Positions 27,801-32,000 of a stretch of 32,000 bases of DNA are shown here, one piece after another. The notes beneath the pieces are model-generated. The model searched no databases and was not told where the DNA came from. It saw only the letters and a program-made list of their open reading frames with translations. This stretch comes from Geobacter sulfurreducens PCA (GTDB lineage: Bacteria; Desulfobacterota; Desulfuromonadia; Geobacterales; Geobacteraceae), in contig NC_002939.5 of the NCBI RefSeq assembly GCF_000007985.2, positions 1,500,001 through 1,532,000 of the forward strand, written 5' to 3'. Both the position numbers and the translations under genes were made by a program. Numbering within the stretch: position 1 is the first letter of the stretch; each line of letters starts with the position of its first letter.

Positions 27801-30540
27801 ACGTCTGCCATTGGCTCAGGAGGTTTGTGTTCCCCGCATGCGCGGGGATGAACCGATACCAAAACAAAAGACATTATGTCCGACATCGTGTTCCCCGCAT
27901 GCGCGGGGATGAACCGATCAACTACACCTACACCGTGGCCGCCAGCGGGTGTTCCCCGCATGCGCGGGGATGAACCGCTATCCGGTTCATTTTTTCATTG
28001 GTGAGATAGGTGTTCCCCGCATGCGCGGGGATGAACCGGCTGCGAGGCTGCACAGACGAATCCTGGAAGGGTGTTCCCCGCATGCGCGGGGATGAACCGG
28101 GGATCACCTGATGGACGCAACCCGCTACCTAGTGTTCCCCGCATGCGCGGGGATGAACCGAGTGGCCCCACCGGCAGTATAGCCGGTTCCGCGTGTTCCC
28201 CGCATGCGCGGGGATGAACCGGTGCTGGGACTCTTCGCGCAGGGCGCCCATATGTGTTCCCCGCATGCGCGGGGATGAACCGGAGCTTCGGCGGGTTTTG
28301 CGGATGCTGGTTTAGTGTTCCCCGCATGCGCGGGGATGAACCGAAATTGCGACTATCCTCACCAAGTTGGCAAAGGTGTTCCCCGCATGCGCGGGGATGA
28401 ACCGACGCTACTTTTTATCGCTGGGATCATTGCAATGTGTTCCCCGCATGCGCGGGGATGAACCGGTTGTCCAGAGGGTCAGCCATTTGGAGCTTGGGTG
28501 TTCCCCGCATGCGCGGGGATGAACCGGAGTTGCAGCCCCTCACCGGACGGAGTCGCTAGTGTTCCCCGCATGCGCGGGGATGAACCGGCTTCTTTGAAGC
28601 TGGGGACAATATCCCTGCTGTGTTCCCCGCATGCGCGGGGATGAACCGACCTCAAACAGAGCATCAACGCGGCCCACTCCGTGTTCCCCGCATGCGCGGG
28701 GATGAACCGCCGGAGCCTGGGAGATCGGCAAGAACTACCTGGTGTTCCCCGCATGCGCGGGGATGAACCGGGTAAACCCGTCCCCACAGTCACGATGGTG
28801 GTGTGTTCCCCGCATGCGCGGGGATGAACCGGCGACAACTATGCTGGGGTCGTGTACTTGCCAGTGTTCCCCGCATGCGCGGGGATGAACCGGTGTACTT
28901 ACTTCCGTGTTGGTTCTCTCTGCGGTGTTCCCCGCATGCGCGGGGATGAACCGCCGGTCTTGAGGGTCCAGCTTTCCTGCTCGAAGTGTTCCCCGCATGC
29001 GCGGGGATGAACCGCAGTCGATACTCACCGATATCTCGTCAATAACGTGTTCCCCGCATGCGCGGGGATGAACCGGGAAACAGCACGATTCAACTGGTGT
29101 GTAACACGTGTTCCCCGCATGCGCGGGGATGAACCGAAGAAGGCCGGCTGCCATACATTCCGCCATAGGTGTTCCCCGCATGCGCGGGGATGAACCGCTA
29201 CGCAATGGCTCACTAATGTGGTCCATACGGTGTTCCCCGCATGCGCGGGGATGAACCGATGTTCAAAGCGTTGCGCCAGTGGTTAACGTCGTGTTCCCCG
29301 CATGCGCGGGGATGAACCGCGGATGCCGAAGGGGGCAATTTGCTTACGGGTGTGTTCCCCGCATGCGCGGGGATGAACCGCCAAAACCGCCAAGGACAAC
29401 TACGAGGCGCAGGTGTTCCCCGCATGCGCGGGGATGAACCGGTGGATATCAAGCGCCTGACCCTGGAAACTGCGTGTTCCCCGCATGCGCGGGGATGAAC
29501 CGCTGCGCAAACAGTTTGAGGGTCAGGTGGTGGAGTGTTCCCCGCATGCGCGGGGATGAACCGTTGACGGAAGCGTTTCGGTATCGGAAGGCATTGTGTT
29601 CCCCGCATGCGCGGGGATGAACCGGTGATTCCAGTGGCCCCAGCGGCAGTGCTGCCGTGTTCCCCGCACATGCGGGGATGAACCGGGTTTCTACGGCCAG
29701 TACCGGGGCGAAAAGAAGTGTTCCCCGCACATGCGGGGATGAACCGTTGTCACGCTTCGCGGCGCAGAACCGGAAACAGTGTTCCCCGCACATGCGGGGA
29801 TGAACCGGAGCCAGAACCATGAATATATTAGACGGGGCAGTGTTCCCCGCACATGCGGGGATGAACCGGTGGGCTCCATGCTGCGACCGCGCACTAGAAC
29901 GTGTTCCCCGCACATGCGGGGATGAACCGCCTTTACATCGGTTTTCATGGCCTTGATAAAGGTGTTCCCCGCACATGCGGGGATGAACCGCACGTGCACT
30001 CGGTTGAGGATGTCGCCATAAGGTGTTCCCCGCACATGCGGGGATGAACCGACGCCTATGACCACGCGGCGAAGATCATCGGTGTGTTCCCCGCACATGC
30101 GGGGATGAACCGCGGTAGACCTACTGGTGGACTCCGGGCTCTCCCGTGTTCCCCGCACATGCGGGGATGAACCGCCGCTCCAGTTCGGCAACGTGGACCA
30201 GATCCGGTGTTCCCCGCACATGCGGGGATGAACCGGTAGAATGGCTTTTCGGCGACGCGCTCCGAGAGTGTTCCCCGCACATGCGGGGATGAACCGTGGA
30301 CGAGCGCAGTCAGGAGAAGTTGCTCGTCGTGTTCCCCGCACATGCGGGGATGAACCGCTCCAACGAATTGCCGCCATCGAGCGCCATCAGTGTTCCCCGC
30401 ACATGCGGGGATGAACCGACAATTCCGCCGGTGCGGTAGATGTGTTGGTAGTGTTCCCCGCACATGCGGGGATGAACCGTCCAGCATTGCCTTGCCGTGT
30501 CCGGATTTGCGGTGTTCCCCGCCTGCGCGGGGATGAACCG
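21847..30540 (+). CRISPR. Type I-E CRISPR array: 143 repeats of 29 bp and 142 spacers
   Basis: I located every repeat start by hand. The period is 61 bp throughout, except for three 62-bp units with 33-nt spacers at 22486-22518, 27306-27338 and 30113-30145. The consensus is GTGTTCCCCGCATGCGCGGGGATGAACCG (128 copies, 21847-29624). Single-base 3'-end variants occur at 25935-25963 (…AACCA) and 26606-26634 (…AACCC). Fourteen copies of GTGTTCCCCGCACATGCGGGGATGAACCG lie at 29657-30479. The terminal repeat is GTGTTCCCCGCCTGCGCGGGGATGAACCG (30512-30540). Confidence 0.99.
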
Positions 30541-30661
30541 CCCTTTCGGAGTGCAAGGGCTTGTGTTCACGGGACGGGATGGCCTGGAGCCGGACGATGC
30601 GTGTCTGCTCCTAATGGCTTCATCCATTTCTGCAACGTGTAGTTACGGTGGTGCTCTTTGG

Positions 30662-30700
30662 AAAAAAGAAGACGGCCCCCATCATCGGGAGCCGTCTTCT
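30662..30700 (-). terminator. Rho-independent terminator of the multicopper oxidase gene; possibly also stops array read-through
   Basis: AGAAGACGGC (30667-30676) pairs with GCCGTCTTCT (30691-30700). An A-run at 30662-30667 gives a U-tract on the minus strand. It lies 42 nt downstream of the minus-strand stop at 30742. A second small hairpin GTCCGC/GCGGAC lies at 30711-30728. Confidence 0.7.
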
Positions 30701-30741
30701 TGTCGTTCAAGTCCGCACGCATGCGGACGGGCCGCAACTTC

Positions 30742-32000
30742 TTACTGGATCGTCAGGTTGTTGACCACGAGCGCGCCGTTGGTGATGGTGAAGACCCCCT
30801 GCAGGGTCGTCATGCCGGTGCTGGTGCCGAAGAGCGCGTCGTAACCGCCGCGGAACGTGACGGTGCCGGTGGTGTTCAGGTTGACTGCAGGTTCGACGAA
30901 CAGAACCCCAAAGGCCTGGATGGTGTTGCCTGAAGCCGCTGCAGTGAATGCGGCCGCCAGGCTCGGATAGTAGGTAGTGTTGATCCGGACCGGGTTGGTG
31001 GTGGGCGAGATGCCTGTACCACTCAGGCTGATGTTCGGCACGGGAGAGGCGGCGTCATTGGAAGTGATCTGCAGGTTAGCCGTCACAATCCCTGCTGTCG
31101 TGGGAGCGAACGTGACGGAGAAGGTGCAGTTGGCGGCCGGGGCGATCGTCACCGGCAGGGTGCCGCAGGAACCGTTCTGGATCGTGAACATGGCCGCATT
31201 GCCGCCCGATGGGGTGAACGCGGTTACATCAAGGGGCAGTTGTCCGGTGTTGGTTACGGTGATGTTAGTCGGGCTCGAGGTGAAGCCGACGGTTACGTTA
31301 CCGAAGTTTGCCGTCAGCGGGGAAACCGTGATTATCGGTCTGGAGATGACGGCCGTGTCGGCGGAAAGGACGTTGGACACCGGCGAATCGCCGAGGGCGT
31401 TGTAGGCGACTACCCGATACCGGTAGGTGGTCGTCGAGTTGACCGCCAGGTCGGTATAGCTGGTGGCGTTCGCCAGAGCCGTCCCGATGGGGGCGAAGTC
31501 GGTGCAGCTGCTGCCGGCGCAGCGCTCGACCCGGAAGCCGATTTCGTTTTTCGGGTTGCCCAGAGTCGTGGGCGCGCTCGGCGGCGTAGAATCGGTCCAG
31601 TTGAGCACCACGCTGTTGACGGTGACGATGGCCGTGTTCAGGGTCGGCGCGTCCGGCAGGTTGGTGACGGGAATGAACTGCATGGGCCGCATCATGTCGT
31701 TTTCTTCATGGCTCAGGATGTGGCAGTGCCAGACGTATTCCCAGTCGAAGTTCATGAATCGGTTGATGTTGGGCGTTGCCCATGCCTGACCGGTTGTCGG
31801 GTCGACCATGGAGAGCTCGGTGGTGTCGCCGAGGGGGGTTGCCGGGTTCAGGGGACGGAAGCTGTTGGGCACGCCGAACGGCATCTTGGGCTTAACCGGC
31901 TTCATGGCGACGATGGTGTCCTCGAGCGGACTGATCCGGACGGTATCCTTCCAGCCCAGTTCGGTGGGGTCGGGCAGGCGGATGAAGCCGTCCCAGCCGA
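30742..32000 (-). CDS. ompB: Multicopper oxidase, C-terminal part (cupredoxin domain, FN3-like domain, Ig-like beta-rich domain); the N-terminus lies beyond the window
   Basis: The reading frame stays open upstream of the track's ATG (31905). My translation of 31906-32000 gives …GWDGFIRLPDPTELGWKDTVRISPLEDTIVA, which contains the classic MCO GWKDTV motif. The copper-site motif WHCHILSHEENDMM is present. An FN3-like segment (VVLNWTDS…YRYRVVAYNALGDS) and a Thr/Asn-rich beta domain follow. The symbol rests only on my recollection that a G. sulfurreducens multicopper protein OmpB lies next to this CRISPR locus. Confidence 0.75.
   Translation of the reverse strand, partial: GWDGFIRLPDPTELGWKDTVRISPLEDTIVAMKPVKPKMPFGVPNSFRPLNPATPLGDTTELSMVDPTTGQAWATPNINRFMNFDWEYVWHCHILSHEENDMMRPMQFIPVTNLPDAPTLNTAIVTVNSVVLNWTDSTPPSAPTTLGNPKNEIGFRVERCAGSSCTDFAPIGTALANATSYTDLAVNSTTTYRYRVVAYNALGDSPVSNVLSADTAVISRPIITVSPLTANFGNVTVGFTSSPTNITVTNTGQLPLDVTAFTPSGGNAAMFTIQNGSCGTLPVTIAPAANCTFSVTFAPTTAGIVTANLQITSNDAASPVPNISLSGTGISPTTNPVRINTTYYPSLAAAFTAAASGNTIQAFGVLFVEPAVNLNTTGTVTFRGGYDALFGTSTGMTTLQGVFTITNGALVVNNLTIQ

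Noticed and set aside
21876-30511. I looked for self-targeting spacers against the rest of this window, including the cas genes, the Fic cassette and the repeat elements.
   Set aside because: By eye I found only 9-10-nt similarities, for example spacer 11 against the G6/C6 hairpin at 19329-19349 and GTAAAGGGG in the 3680 element. There is no plausible protospacer here. Genome-wide self-targeting cannot be assessed without the full genome.

Overview
High-GC deltaproteobacterial chromosome. Gene order and protein sequences look like Geobacter sulfurreducens (an iron-regulation cluster fur-feoB-ideR, then a type I-E CRISPR-Cas locus, then an OmpB-like multicopper oxidase). I cannot confirm the organism without a database search.

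Layout:
- 1-7.8 kb: housekeeping and accessory metabolism. This covers an OYE flavin oxidoreductase (partial), a beta-hydroxyacid dehydrogenase, a methyl-accepting chemotaxis protein, a SAM methyltransferase, a DUF169 protein, an enoyl-CoA hydratase and a beta-lactamase-fold hydrolase. Two tandem ~156-bp imperfect-palindromic elements lie in one divergent intergenic region.
- 7.9-11.5 kb: fur, feoB (no feoA), a translationally coupled Cys-rich mini-protein, and a DtxR/IdeR regulator with a FeoA-like C-terminal domain.
- 11.7-21.8 kb: a standalone DEDDh (DnaQ-like) exonuclease, then cas3-cas8e(cse1)-cas11(cse2)-cas7e-cas5e-cas6e, then a foreign-looking HTH + Fic two-gene cassette, then cas1-cas2.
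- 21.85-30.54 kb: one very large CRISPR array with 143 repeats of 29 bp and 142 spacers (139 of 32 nt, 3 of 33 nt), read on the + strand from a 74-bp leader.
- 30.7-32.0 kb: C-terminal part of a multicopper oxidase on the minus strand.

Most interesting points:
1. The HTH/Fic (toxin-antitoxin-like) cassette sits inside the cas operon. It has its own AT-rich promoter/operator island and is only 27 nt upstream of cas1. This suggests the adaptation genes, and possibly a backup abortive response, are wired to this module.
2. The DEDDh exonuclease directly upstream of cas3 is a candidate dedicated prespacer-trimming enzyme.
3. The array is a mosaic: a 14-unit trailer-proximal block carries a different hairpin loop.
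4. Two non-adjacent spacers come from overlapping protospacers that contain a T3-type phage RNA polymerase promoter core with an AAG PAM.

All long minus-strand ORFs across the array, and the long antisense ORFs opposite real genes, are artefacts.
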